Assembly: GCF_001194135.2 (NCBI RefSeq)
Contig: NC_068987.1
Coordinates: 90,379,716 to 90,443,715, forward strand
Origin: Octopus bimaculoides
Taxonomy: Eukaryota
DNA length: 64,000 nucleotides
Direction of reading: 5' to 3'
The first letter of the stretch is position 1. Each line of letters starts with the position of its first letter. Shown piece after piece: positions 63,642 to 64,000 of the stretch. The position numbers and the translations under genes were made by a program. Under the pieces are notes generated by a model. The model saw only the letters and a program-made list of their open reading frames with translations. It ran no database searches and was not told the DNA's origin.

Positions 63642-64000
63642 TCATCGCTTAACGTCTGCTTTCCATGCGCTAGCATGGGTTGGACGACTTGACTGAGGAC
63701 TGGTGAAACCGGATGGCAACACCAGGCTCCAATCTAAATTTGGCAGAGTTTCTACAGCTGGATGCCCTTCCTAACGCCAACCACTCAGAGAGTGTAGTAG
63801 GTGCTTTTACGTGTCACCTGCACGAAGGCCAGTCAGGCGATACTGGCAACGGCCACGCTCGAAATGGTGTCTTTTATGTGCCACCCGTACAAGCCAGTCC
63901 AGGGGCACTGGCAACGATCTCGCTCGAAAATCCTACGGAGGCCAGTCAGGCGGTACTGGCAATGGCCACGCTCAAAATGGTGCATCTTATGTGCCACCCG
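63642..64000 (-). mobile_element. RTE LINE 3' UTR (family E), relatively young, continuing beyond the window
   Basis: catcatcatcgcttaacgtctgctttccatgc...ggatgcccttcctaacgccaaccactc, with CpGs retained. Confidence 0.85.

Noticed and set aside
1-64000. CRISPR arrays, rRNA, operons or prophage
   Set aside because: None seen. The recurring sequences are dispersed eukaryotic SINEs, MITEs and microsatellites without repeat-spacer regularity.

Overview
AT-rich, repeat-dense animal genomic DNA from a gapped draft assembly (six N-gaps). The repeat landscape (several tRNA-headed SINE families, RTE LINEs with (GAT)n tails, mariner/maT relics, abundant CA/TA/GA/TATG microsatellites) suggests a coleoid cephalopod, probably Octopus; this is inference from recall, not a database match. 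There are no prokaryotic features (no operons, rRNA or CRISPR), and most ORF-track entries are microsatellite or N-gap artefacts. A CpG-retaining block at about 39.45-45.2 kb holds promoter-like motifs and 5' splice donors on the minus strand. The CpG-poor region below it looks like the intron-rich body of a minus-strand gene. A phase-consistent exon chain (13590-13476, 9450-9085, 2103-1972) can be built there, but I do not recognise the protein. The most notable items are: a tRNA-headed element with a Penelope-type minimal hammerhead ribozyme motif, arranged head-to-head and inserted with a 16-bp TSD into an RTE LINE that carries a PHD-like finger; an ORF1-only LINE-like element bracketed by SINE head and tail; fold-back mariner derivatives; and a near-complete decayed DD37D (maT) transposon with a candidate 5'-UTR intron. 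Repeat boundaries are approximate, and the SINE family letters are my own labels.
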